Shown here in pieces: positions 52,191 through 64,000 of a stretch of DNA of 64,000 nucleotides. This stretch comes from Dimorphilus gyrociliatus (Eukaryota; Animalia; Annelida), in assembly GCA_904063045.1 (NCBI GenBank), contig CAJFCJ010000030.1:1-64000 (forward strand). The letters run 5' to 3'. The stretch's first letter is position 1. Each line of letters begins with the position of its first letter. Below the pieces are notes generated by a model that was given only the letters and a program-made list of their open reading frames with translations, was not told where the DNA came from and made no database searches. The position numbers and the translations under genes were made by a program.

Positions 52191-55100
52191 TTATCGCGCT
52201 TTTTTCTGATGTCTTGATCTGTATATGTCATTTGTAGGAGGAGCTGTAGTTGTGTCCTCATCGCTGTCGTCATTTTCTTTTACTACCACCTTTCTCTTTC
52301 TTCCTGAAGCTATGTCTATAGATAATTGAGTCCCTGGATCAACTTTATTGACTGTTACGGTTTCGCCATTTGTTACACCTCCTGCAGTCAAAAACAAGTT
52401 ATTAATCAAGCATTTAAGTTTTAATAGACTTACCATCTGGAACCGGAATCATCATCATGTGTTCCATAAATTTTTCCATAACAACAAATGGTCCCTGGAA
52501 ACTTTCGGGCGGAGGTAGACGTTGCAAAAGATCACAGGCAGACGACGGAAGTGAAAAAACGCCAGGAGGATGAATAGCAGCTCCAAAATCTATACGTGCC
52601 AAGATTATATTATTTTCCTAAATATACAAAATTCGAAGACTTACGGGAACGTTTTGGTTTAAATGGAATGAAGCAGGTTAAATCAGGTCTTGCATAACTT
52701 TTTTCCGCTCTTCCTTCTTCTTTTTTAATCGTATCCGATTTATCAGCAATTATAGAAGAGTGAACAACATGATTTGATCTATCTTGCTGTTGCTATAAAA
52801 TTGATGGTAATATAATCAATACTGATAAATTTAGAGCATTGAAACGGTTACCGTATATCCTAAACAACGTAAAGATTGTGAATCACATGGTAATAAATCT
52901 AAGTACTTGTATCGATCAACTAGAAGAGCTGTTTCCCTGCCTTCATATTCCTATTTATAAAAAAAGCAAAGTTAGCAAGTAATTACACCGTAAAAATTAT
53001 CTGACCGATTGTAAAACTTGTGCCCGACGTTTCTCAACTTTTCTCATTGAAGCCATATCTCCGACAGTAGATTCAAAATGCAGGAATTTATTCCATATTT
53101 CACTAGAAATACTTACAAGTTAGATCAATTATAGCAATAAATTCAATAAGCTTACTGGGATTTTGAAGAATCAAGTTGCTGCAAAACTCTCTCATATAAA
53201 ACACGAGTATTGTTGTCCTCATTTAAATGCGACATGAAATCCAAATACATGCGTACATAATCAGGATTTGAGAAAAATTTTTTCAAGCCCAATTCAAAAA
53301 TTTTGAAAGCGACACTCTTGTCTTTGTTACAAAAGTATTCCATGTCAGCAGCAACGATAAAAATATGATGACTAATTCGCGCGTCCTCCCTTGCTAGTTT
53401 AAAAACGTTTCGGGCGGATTTAATTCCTTCAGCTCGCCTGCAGAACCTCATGTACATAATGTATGGAAGTGTAGGGTTACAGTCCGGTGTATCAATAAGT
53501 CTCTTATAGATCGAATGAACTTTATCATGCTTATTCCGATTCTGTTTCCATTATTTAAGGAACAACACATAGGATTTTTGAATGATATTAAAAAATTTAA
53601 ACAAACCTCTTCAAAATCAGCATAAGCACAAAAAAGTAGGGTATTCTTTTTCAGCACACCGCTAATTGCTCTTTCGTACATCAAAGCTGCCTCTTCAGAA
53701 AACGTTCTACCAGATTGTTGGTCACCCTTTTCGATAAGTAGTCGACTGGCTTCTTCAAGATAAGCTGCTGCATCAAGCCAAATATTGGGATAATGACTCA
53801 GACACAATAAACATTGCTCGTAGGCGAACATAACTGAAAGTATGAATAAAATGTTTTATTTATCCTTAACTTCCACGTAAAGAATCAGATCTCTGTCCGT
53901 GATCTTTCCAAATTACCTCTTTTTGTGCAGAGAATTTTATCTTCAGTTCTCAGTGGATTGTTCTTTTCCCAGATTATATATTTTTTCCATAATTCAACCT
54001 TTAGAGAAATTTCCTTAGTTGCTCATGATAATTCTACAACAAAAATGTTTGATTTACCTGTTTTTGCTCTTCGGGTATATTTTGCGGCGGTACAGATGGT
54101 GCATTCCTGTTAATTCCCTTTGTTATTGCTTCTAATTCCTTACTAACTCTTTTTGCATTCATATAGTCACGTCCTCTTTCTTCTTGCATCTTTTTTGCCA
54201 GTATTGGATTTAAAGCCTAAATAGCAAAACATTTTCGTCATTTGCAATCAAAAATTTACTATCTGACTGATAAAAAAATAAGAAGGAAATAAATCAAATG
54301 ATTTCAATTAGTCGAAAGGGTTCAACAAAAACTTAAAAAGAGAGATTCTATTAGATTAATTGAAAAGAAGAGAAATTGAGATATCTCAATGAGCAGTTAG
54401 AGAAGATACCGAAGAAGGATAGCGGTATGGAAGAATTGATTGTAGGGATAAAAATAATTCGGGAATATTCGAGTAAACTAGAATTCATATAAGAAAAGGA
54501 TAAGCTTTCTTTACATTTGAAAATTAGAAATATTTTGACAAACAAACATTTGTTACATAATTTACCTGTTCCCAAATACAATATTCCTTCCATAATTGCT
54601 CAATATGACTCAGAGGAGTAATGACTCCTTTTTGATAAATCCTTCTTACAGCCGTTATTCGTTGATTCTCAGCATAAGATCCTACAGCCTCTCTACAAAT
54701 TTAAAGAATGTAGTTCAAATAAACTTGTATATGTAAAACAATTAATTCTTCAATTGCAGCAGATTTTATTTTTTTTTTTGATAATTTGATGACTTATGCA
54801 AATAAGAAAATTATGTTGCATAAGTCATTTCGTACTCCGGTAGAGGGAGCTATCGGTAATAAGCTAGTTGCGTGTTACTTACACAGATTTTAAAAATCTA
54901 ATATAATCACTCCAGATTGAAAACGAATTTATATCCATTCCGATTTTTTCCAGTGCAAAGTCGTAAGCCTGAGCCATTTTTTCTCTGTTTAATTAATTAT
55001 GACGCAAATTATTCTTTTCTCGTTTAATTATCTATGAATTTTTTTTAAAGAATTTTTACACACCGGAAAGATGACAATTTCATCTTTGTTTCCCTAATAT

Positions 55101-57552
55101 AATTTAAGTACGTCTTCCACAAGTCTATATTTAAGACTTTCACTAGACAGCGTTGAAAGAGCTGTATTGAATTATTATCATAAATTTACTTAAAAAATTA
55201 GCCTTTAGGTAAAATTTTATTATTTTTGTATAGGCGACTATACCTTTTCAACTTTTTCGAAATTATGGCTTCTCATCTGTAAAAAGAAGGTTGAAAAAAA
55301 AAATCTACATTTATTGTCCTCAAATCAGATAAAAAAACTTTTGTTACTTTGTGAAATAAATTTAAAAAGGAATTAATAAAGTAGTTTACAAATTTAATAA
55401 AATAAAAAAAAAGGGAAAACAGTAAAATTTTTTTGATTAAAATGTAATTCAATCATCTTATCTTATCACATTGAAAAATTTGGTTTAGATTTAGTGATTT
55501 CAAAAAGGTAAAATGCTACTCTAAACAAAAAGTTCCTTTGTACGTTTGAGTATCTTGAATATGAATATTTACCTTTTCTATAAAAAGGAATTGAAATATT
55601 TTTGGCAAAATATTCAGGATTTAACCGGTGAAGAATAATACAATTCTTTTACTTGTAGTTGTTAACTCTAATGGAAAAATAATCATCTAATGCTAAATGA
55701 CTTAATAAAGCGCAGTGATCGCCTTTCCAGCCTATTTATTTTTAATTACACGCATTCTGACTGTTATTCACCCTACATTCTCTTCTCTAGTAAAAACATT
55801 TGAGCAATGCTTGTATGTTTCACACTTCTTCATTAAAAAGAAAGATTGACTTTTATAGCCAGTTTGTGGTTGCAAAGAAATTATTATATTGTTCAGCTTA
55901 AGAAGATATTCGAATAACATCAAAGAAATCAAGGAAAAAATCTTCAAAAGATTGAATATTTTTGGAAAATAAACACTGGGGCACCTTGTATAACAAGAGG
56001 TAAAAGCATTCAAGAAAGGAAGTAAAACGATTATAAAGTCATAAAGGAAATAGATATGCAACGCGGTAAAATACGACGCGGCAATTACACTTCAAGCCAG
56101 CTTTATCGTTCATTTTTGAAGATCGAAATAAAACAGCCCGGATATCGAAAATTCTTATTTATCGAAATTTAAATCGAAACAAATTACAGTCGATGCATTA
56201 TGGCTGATAAGCCGGTTATTTTTCTTAAACATATTTAAGAATGATAAATGCACTATTTAAATTTTAAATATCATTTGTAAGAGTATCCTCTTGAAGAAAA
56301 CTGCTTTTCAAAAGACATTTGCGTACATTCGAGGTTTGACATAAAAAAGAGCTACTACTTGCAGCGTATTATAATATAGAACAATTAAATAGAAGCTCCC
56401 TAAAAGAAAAAGTTTTGTCAGCAAAGGAGAATTATTTTTATGAGAACAGCCAATGGCTTTCGATCAGGATTATATTTTGGAAATTTAGCAAGCACTTAAT
56501 GGAAAATTTTTGGAAAACCAAATTGCCTTTACATAAAAGTAGTAAATTAATCCGACTATGAAAGAGAAGTAGCTAGTTTTCCCATTTTCCTTAATATAAG
56601 AGACTAAGAGTAATCCGTTACAAAAAATATTGAAACATACCATAAACAATTAAAGAATAATAAGTGGGAAAAAAATCGAAAGGGAGGTTTTGCCACATAA
56701 AGAAGTAGGATAGAAATTCATTTTCACCATTCACGAAAGAGTGAAGAAATACAGTATTATCTTTACAGTTTTAATATACTATACATTGTTTGGGTTACGC
56801 GAAGTAAAGTTGAATCATGAGCACGTTGCCAAATCGATGGAAAATATAAGCGACACTTATCTTTCCGATTATCAAGAAAGTCTATTGATTTAAGAAATTA
56901 TTTCCATAAAAAAATTTTAGGGAAAGATTAGGGTATATATGGTCAACTAGAGAATGAGCTTCTCTCATTCGCACTGCAACGAGGTATACATTTCATCCAT
57001 AAGTCTTTAATTCAATATGTTCTATGCAATTACGTTGACAAGTACATAAAACAATTTCGTCTCAAAATCTCAGTAACGCCTTAACGCTTTTCGAGCGTCT
57101 TCATCAACTTCATCAAGTCTACGCCTACACTGCTCAATTATTTTGCCTACTTTAAATTCCACACAATACACTAAAACCCAACCTCATGTTCAATGTACAT
57201 CTTCCAATAGCGGCCACAATTCGGAAACTGTACGACAACTCTTTCATATATCTTCCTAGCATCTGCAATATTCTTCGTCTGAGAAAGATGATATTTTTCA
57301 TTAGTCTTTTTTCGTTGAACTAATTTAACCAGGGCAGTCCGTTTTCATTTACCTGAGCATCACGGACTAAGACATTCCATGCGTCAACGTCGTATGGAGA
57401 CGTGCCTAGGCGTCTCTCCGCTTTGACTGTTTTATCAGCTATATAACCAACTTCCTATTATCAGAAAATGATTAGAGATGTGCTAAGGTAGATAGAAGAT
57501 TTACCTCTGGTGGCAGCAGGGCCGCCCCTTCGGATTTAACGCTTCCGTCCAT
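52191..57552 (-). CDS. CSTF3: Cleavage stimulation factor subunit 3 (CstF-77/suppressor of forked), about 716 aa, 16 exons
   Basis: Exons 57552-57505, 57454-57353, 57278-57183, 55276-55244, 55161-55064, 54984-54883, 54692-54566, 54216-54058, 53998-53917, 53833-53607, 53541-53156, 53102-53006, 52950-52852, 52792-52645, 52589-52434, 52381-52191 join in frame. HAT-repeat motifs [49 protein letters not shown]; C-terminus [10 protein letters not shown]. Confidence 0.95.
54837..54850 (+). promoter_or_regulatory. CTCF-like motif CCGGTAGAGGGAGC inside a CSTF3 intron
   Basis: Consensus-like match in a 190-nt intron, larger than most introns of this gene. Confidence 0.35.
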
Positions 57553-57627
57553 CAACTGCATTAATATAATAGTTTAATGAACCAATTTATGCGTAATTTG
57601 GTATCTTAATCAATAACTTCTAAAAAA

Positions 57628-57639
57628 TGCGCATGCGCA
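57628..57639. promoter_or_regulatory. NRF1-type palindrome TGCGCATGCGCA in the CSTF3/SYF2 bidirectional promoter
   Basis: Perfect NRF1 consensus within the 606-nt interval between the two divergent start codons. Confidence 0.7.
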
Positions 57640-58158
57640 TGATAAGATCATTCGGTTTGTCAACTACACGTAACTTTTTTAATAAAACGATAAAATTAAT
57701 ATCAATCTAATATAATACATTCTGATTGACATATAATCGATTAAATTACTTCTGTACTCGCTTTACTACCGCTGGTTTAAGATCATTTCGTGATTCAATT
57801 TAGAATCAGTCGATTTGTATGGTATACCTACTGATTATAAAACGATTGATATTTTTTATTATAAAAAAATAAAATGAAATAAGAAATAGTTAGATATCAA
57901 ATAAATTTTTCAATGTACCGTTTATTTTTCTCAAATTCTAGAAAATTAAAGCAGAACAGCAGTTATTTGAAGAAAAATTCTCTTCCAAACTTGGAAGATC
58001 CGTACAAAATGGCAGTTCTACACAATTTTAGCGAGGAGCGGTATTCAACTCTTAAACACATGCCGAAACATCAGACCAGACTCTCGGACCCGTCTTAATT
58101 GAAAACTGGTTAACTCTGTAATATTTCACTTAAATTCGTAAAACATACGAGAGTAAAT

Positions 58159-59200
58159 ATGGCAGATGTAAGTCGCAAAATTTATTTTTTCCTTTTTTAT
58201 ACTATAATCAGTTGACTAGATGATAACTTAAATAATCGTTATAATTGTTATATACAGAAGTCCAAAGATTCAACGAGAGAACAGCGTATTGCCCGCTTAA
58301 GACAGCTTCAGATGAAACGAGTAATAATTTAAATTTCTGTTGCAAAACACATTTACTAGAGCTTTTGTTTAAAATTTAGAATGAAGCCAGAAAAATGAAC
58401 CATGTTGCTGTTGTTGAAGAGGATAAAATGAAAAATCTTCCCTCAAATTGGGACGCAAAGAGAAAGAAGGTTGATTGGGAGGATACCGAAGAAGAAAGAA
58501 GAAAGGTAAGCACATACTCTAATCACTGTACAACCTATCAACAAAAGTGATCACAGGCATGTGAGGAACGCGGTATGTCTTATGGTCGTGTCAAAATGTT
58601 GGAACTATCCGCTGAAGATGCTGAAAGAAAAGACCTAAAAAAACAGAGAAAGAAAAATCCAGATGAAGGGTTTTCAAGTGAGTTTTTTACAAGTAAATAT
58701 TTATCTAAATAATATTGTCATGTACAACTTGAAGGTTTTGAACAATCTACATTTCGTCAATATTCACGATTGACACGTCAAATGAAACCTGACTTCGAAG
58801 AATATGAAGAAGAAAAAACGAAACTGTTAGTTAAAATTCGTAATTTTATTTGTTTTAAGTATTTTACTTTTCAGGGGAGATGCCTTCTATCCGGGAACCA
58901 ACACTCTTGGCGTATTGAATCATAAAGATAGTAAAGAGGGGATAGACAGGATGGTGTCAGATTTGAGTAAACAGTGAGTTCTTATCTTGATGCATAACTT
59001 TTTTTTATACAAGGAACAAATCTTCAATTCATAGGCAAGAAAAGAGGCAGAAATACAGCAGGAGAAGAGTTCATGATGATGACGCTGATATTGATTATAT
59101 CAATGATAGAAATGCTAAATTCAATAAGAAACTAGAGCGATTTTACGGAGAACATACAGCCGAAATTCGACAGAACTTTGAGCGTGGTACAGCTGTATAA
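58159..59200 (+). CDS. SYF2: Pre-mRNA-splicing factor SYF2, about 224 aa, 7 exons
   Basis: Exons 58159-58167, 58258-58320, 58380-58505, 58557-58677, 58735-58825, 58875-58973, 59035-59200. Motifs [51 protein letters not shown]. Confidence 0.95.
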
Positions 59201-59637
59201 TCTCTAACATCTCATATTTTACTCCGTTACGGACATTTGTTTTTATAATTGATCATTGGTGTACATAGTATACATGCGGATTGCAATAAACAATGTTAAA
59301 AGTGTAAGAACTAAACTTGGCGCCATGCACAACTAAATATCACTAAGCACCTATTTCTTAAAGGCATTCATTCTCTGGTAGAAATAAATGATAAGGTTCA
59401 AATGTAAAAGAAATACATAAAGTTGTTTACAGACGGGATATACGTATACCCCGGGACATCAACAGTCTGTTATATCTCTAAGGTGCAGACTATTTTCTGT
59501 TCCATATCAAAAGATTTAGTGAAATAGACTATTTACTATTATACATTGACAAGAAAAATTGTGAACTTTTATCAAAGTAAAATTGATATCTGAAGAATCG
59601 CTATGATGAATTAACCAGCTGAAAAAGAACATTTGAA

Positions 59638-59675
59638 TTTGGCGCCCATCATCACATGATGATCATCACGTGACT
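59638..59675. promoter_or_regulatory. Motif cluster upstream of MRPL28: TTTGGCGC (E2F-like) and TCACGTGA E-box
   Basis: tttggcgcccatcatcacatgatgatcatcacgtgact read directly. The function is inference. Confidence 0.35.
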
Positions 59676-60021
59676 ATGTTTTATTTCATTTTGGCAGCTT
59701 TTCTGATTAAAAATATATAATAATTGACTTTTTAAATAATTTATACCTTTCCTATATTTTTAATTTTTTGAAGCAATCTTATTTGCAAGAATATTTTTTA
59801 CATATTTCTGACCTAAGTAAAGGACGTTTAAACCGAGTCGATTTCCTGACACAAATCGTTGTTTTTGCTGTAAATAATTAGATACAATCGATAAAATAAA
59901 TACACTCAGGTAATAATTTTACAACATTTTGATTAGAAAATATATAATTGCATGCCAAGGTATCATTTGAAAGAAATAATTGATGAGAATCTTCTAATAT
60001 CGCCTTCTGTTAGGTTCAAGC

Positions 60022-60825
60022 ATGCCTCCAAGGATCGATCACTTAGCAAGTAGATATAATAATGACTTTGCCAAATTAGTAAAAGGAATATGGCCGTGGA
60101 ATAAAGGTGTTAGATCTAGATTTCCAGATCACTATAAAAGGCGTTATTTGGAATCTTTCGTAAGACAGCCAGAGCCAATTAATTGGATACCTAAAACAGA
60201 CAAATATAAAGTAGATGAATGGGGACATTCAACCAGAATAATTAATTACCCAATACCGTTAACTTTCCCTTTAGAGGCACATAAGGGTATTTGGGGAGGA
60301 GAAGGTATAATTGACGGTCTTAAATCAAAGAATAACCGTCCCGATAAACCTCGCGCACCTTTTATATCATTACCGAAATTGGAAAGACACGTTCTCTATA
60401 GTGAAATTTTGGATAAGTATATGGCAATTACAGTTACTCGTAGGACATTGCTAAAAATTGATGAAGCGTACGGTTTCGATCATTATATTTTGAAAACCCC
60501 GGAAAGTGATCTTGTATCAAACCTTGCTATGAAATTAAAGCAGATGTTATTGCATAAAATTGCTAAGAAGGAATTGTCACCTACGCTATATGAGAAATAT
60601 AAACAGTACGAAGTGCCTATTGAGGAGGCTGAATGGGTTGGTCTAACAATTGAGGAAGCCGAAGAAAAGCAAATTAAATTGGAGGAAGATCGAACAAAAA
60701 AGCTAACAAGACCTATGAAAGAATATTTCCTACAAGAATTAATAAAGAAGCTAAAAAGCGGTGATATTGAAGATATTGTTACAGAAGAGAAAAGTTGGAC
60801 TCAAAAACTTAATCCCTTTGCATAA
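60022..60825 (+). CDS. MRPL28: Mitochondrial ribosomal protein L28 (bL28m), 267 aa, intronless CDS
   Basis: Motifs HKGIWGGEGIIDG, LYSEILDKYMAITVTRRTLLKIDEAYGFDHYILKTP, AEWVGLT. Probable 5' UTR intron 59910-60015. Confidence 0.93.
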   Translation: MPPRIDHLASRYNNDFAKLVKGIWPWNKGVRSRFPDHYKRRYLESFVRQPEPINWIPKTDKYKVDEWGHSTRIINYPIPLTFPLEAHKGIWGGEGIIDGLKSKNNRPDKPRAPFISLPKLERHVLYSEILDKYMAITVTRRTLLKIDEAYGFDHYILKTPESDLVSNLAMKLKQMLLHKIAKKELSPTLYEKYKQYEVPIEEAEWVGLTIEEAEEKQIKLEEDRTKKLTRPMKEYFLQELIKKLKSGDIEDIVTEEKSWTQKLNPFA

Positions 60826-62556
60826 AAATTTGATATAATTTGTTTTCATAGGCGTCTGTTTTGTTGAAACATCCTGGTTATTACTTTTAAATCTGTTTTT
60901 GAGTGTAAGAAATATTTGCGGCGGGCAGGCCTTGTAACTTTGATGTTGAATCGCCTAGTCATATACACCTGGCGAGGTCAATTGTGAATGGGGGTATAAA
61001 AAGAGTAAAATTGACCGCTTCGTATTCCCCTCGATGACCCGGAAAGGTACCGAACACTTGCTTAATCGCATAAGTGGATATCATTAGTACCGACTACAAA
61101 ATTGTTCCTTTCAATTTTCTTTCCCTTTTTTTTCCTTTTAAATTTATTACTCCCTATGATCAATATCTTTCGCCGTAGCAATCTTTTCGCACGCATAGAC
61201 ATATATACAGCATATATTTATCTATTTATATATAACTTTATATTTCTTTTAAACTACTTAATCATTCCTCTACCTAAGCCACAAGTGCACGTACTCAGCC
61301 TTTGAATTTTTAAATAGAATGAATTTTAAGACGCAGTTCTTTTCGACCGGATATTAAAGGTTGTCTAATAATGAAAAATATGCCGTACTGTAATTCAGGG
61401 TTCGGAGAGGAGAAAAAATTATTGGCCTAAATAGGTACTTCAGCGGGTGGTTTTTCACGCAGTTGTAGTTCTTTTTCCGACACGCGAACAATTTGACATC
61501 TCCAATAAATACATACATTCCATTAAGGAGAATTTATTCATATATTCCCGCTATTGGGAATTTTTTATTTGACATTTTCATTTAAATGGAACGACATCAG
61601 ACACTAACCTCTCGGTTTACAGGCGGAGTAACAAAAATGCTAAAGATTTCTTTGAATAGGAAAAGTAAATTATTAACGAACAGATTATTCTATATTTAAA
61701 TTGCGTTAATATTCATAGTCGCCCTCTTGAATTTTTTAAGAGCTGAACAATAGGATATAAGAAATAATCCCTTACGCATCCTCTTTTTGTCATTGGAATT
61801 GCCTAATCTTCTTTTCACATTTTTCACTCAACAGATTTTTTGAATGAACGAAAAAAGAAAACAAAAATATGTTATTTGTCCAGTCCAGCGAATTGAAATG
61901 TATCGATTTCTATTTTTCCAGGCATAATAAGATTAAAAAGCTGGAAAACAATATTCTCTTTAATGTGAAGGCGACGCTCATTCAGATATTATTTACATAA
62001 TAAACAATCGTTAGCCGACAAAAAGTTATTTTTTATGCAAATTTGAACAGTAATTAACTCTCGGTGTTCAAAATTAAAGAAAGTAGTATGCAACGTGACG
62101 ATTTTGACTGTGTACTGATGTGTGTTTAAGGAGAATTACTTTCATTTTTAACATAGTTCGCCAAAATTTAGGCCTAATTTAGCACTTTTCTCACAATTTT
62201 TTATTGAAAACTGCAGATAACTCTGCGTTAAATTCATCTGAGTCAATCGTAAAGAAAATATTTCCAACACCGATTGACCGACTGACCCCGAAGGCCCGAA
62301 GGAGAAAACTACTCAATTAGGGTTGCTCGCAATAAATCAGGCCTATACACCCTACTACAAACTCTACAACTGAGTTACTATCATACTTTTTGCTATTTGC
62401 TACCCGTTATGGTTACGTATTTCAACAAATACAAGTTTTAATAATTCAAAATTTGCCCCTATTCCTTTTGTGGAGGGTCTACGGACGAACGGACGTTTAT
62501 TTATTTATAAGCAGCATTTGATAAAAAAGAATCTTCACCCATTAATCTTATTACAA

Positions 62557-62595
62557 GCGCCACCTACAAAGAGATGTTGAAGCGCTACCTATCGG
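62557..62595 (-). promoter_or_regulatory. Tandem pair of CTCF-like motifs (reverse: TTTGTAGGTGGCGC and CCGATAGGTAGCGC)
   Basis: GCGCCACCTACAAA at 62557-62570 and GCGCTACCTATCGG at 62582-62595. Confidence 0.5.
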
Positions 62596-62901
62596 TGAAG
62601 CGAACTTGCGATAAAATCGGTTTTTCAGCTCAGTGCTCTTCAATTAGTCCCGTTAAATAGACGATGTAGGCAAGAAGGACGGATTCTTTCTCCGAAAGTT
62701 TTTTTTATTTTTGTACCCAAATTTCTTAAAGAAATATAAAGGAATAACGAAAGGATATCTTGGAACAACACGTTTTGTTCTATTCGTAAACATTTGTTCA
62801 TATATGTATATATCGATGTATATATACATATGCACATAGAGAAGATTCTTTGAAGAAAAAGTTCATGATAGTTCCCGGCCTCTGTGCTGCTTCGCTGTAG
62901 G

Positions 62902-62944
62902 ATGCCGATTCTATGGTTGATTGTAGTGGCTATTGGACTCTGTA
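62902..62944 (+). CDS. Probable first coding exon (signal peptide MPILWLIVVAIGLC) of a secreted/membrane protein continuing downstream
   Basis: ATG, 14 mostly hydrophobic codons and a perfect phase-1 donor A|GTAAGT. Downstream exons not established. Confidence 0.4.
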
Positions 62945-64000
62945 GTAAGTTAATTGTTTTTTATTATAGTAGAAATAATAAAACGAACAGATTTGAACAA
63001 CTATAAAAACAAGACGTTAAGTAGTCTAACGACGTGCTTATCGCGTAACGCCTTACCGGTCTATTGCGCTAATTTACCTATTTGATTATGTATGTATTTC
63101 ACTAATTCCTTTCTACTCGGATTTTTTGTTCCATAATATTTTTTGCGTAAATGAACAAAGAGATGAAAGATAAGGAAGCCGACTTTTATCAAGTACAAAA
63201 AAAAAATTTTAATTAGTTATACATAATTAAAATGTATGATTCTTTAATGGTGATTTCAAATATGATATTAAATTTTAGTACATCAACGGCCGAGAACACC
63301 AGCTAAGTACATTACGTTCTCTTTGGCCTATATACTTGACACAACAATCACCCCTAGAGCAGGCGTTCTGATGGCTGAACACATTATTGTACGGGTTATT
63401 CAAGCGTTTTTTTCTCTTTTTTCTTCTTTCAAATACGTACCGTTTTCGTATGTCCTTATATATATATAAAAGTGTATAAAGCTTAGGCTTTTTATGACTG
63501 TTACCGTGCGTTCAAGAATAGCACCCGAATTGAATGAGAATGATTAAGATTTCTCTCTCCTCCTTTATTATTTCTGCAGAAAGAAATTATAACAAAGAAA
63601 AAATTGGAATGTAAATATCCACATTCCCCAAACTTTTCCTATAATTTTCCAAGTGTTTTTCTACGAGATGAGTCGGCAGCACTGCTCTAGCTTATTTTTA
63701 CTTATTTAGCAAGTTGAACCGTGAAATGGCAATAGAAAGCGGGGTATTTCTCATTTAAGGGGGTCGCATGCTGCGTTTGGCAGCCTCGTTTATACATCCA
63801 GCAAGAAGTGGGATCGAAATGAACCCCTATTTTGTACTTTAAAAAAAAATTCCTTCAATCCTCAATTAATATTTTCAACTTTGTATAAAGAAGAAATTAA
63901 GATATGATAATTGTCATTATTATTTCTGTTTAGATTCTTTGAGAGGGTGTGTTTTTTTTAATTAAGCGGTTTTTAATTGGAGTTTATACCTGACTGTGAT

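Noticed and set aside
62885-62901. Acceptor-like AG just before an ATG as a possible trans-splice site (also seen for the CaM-like gene and MRPL28)
   Set aside because: For the CaM-like gene and MRPL28, plausible cis donors lie upstream. Trans-splicing cannot be inferred from genomic DNA alone.
1-64000. tRNA, rRNA, snRNA genes, CRISPR arrays and prokaryotic operon features
   Set aside because: None recognised by eye, and the window is spliced eukaryotic DNA. An Infernal or tRNAscan run would be needed to exclude small ncRNAs.

Overview
This is AT-rich eukaryotic (animal) genomic DNA with very short introns (mostly about 50-95 nt) and high gene density. That suggests a compact-genome invertebrate; a miniature annelid such as Dimorphilus is a plausible guess only. 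I reconstructed the genes by hand from GT-AG signals and frame continuity. In order they are: a 5-finger C2H2 zinc-finger gene, a catalytically dead trypsin-like protein, an orphan rhodopsin-class peptide-type GPCR, a decayed mariner transposase, a WDR49/CFAP337-like EF-hand/WD40 gene, and a cluster of two secreted CASPR-type fibrinogen-domain genes with a pseudogene between them. These are followed by a gene with two transposase-derived DNA-binding repeats, a small neuropeptide precursor with galanin/GMAP-like features, an uncharacterised Cys-rich surface protein, dystroglycan, a divergent SLC37-like MFS transporter, a calmodulin-like gene, CSTF3 head-to-head with SYF2, MRPL28, and a probable signal-peptide first exon near the window end. 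The highlights are: (1) a 4-exon galanin-like precursor not in the ORF track, (2) a probable domesticated transposase-derived transcription factor, (3) a predicted short CSTF3 isoform inside an oversized intron 3, (4) many TA-CAG/CTG-TA motifs in TA runs that resemble Tc1-type excision footprints, and (5) CTCF-like motifs in many intergenic intervals. All homology calls come from remembered motifs, not from database searches.
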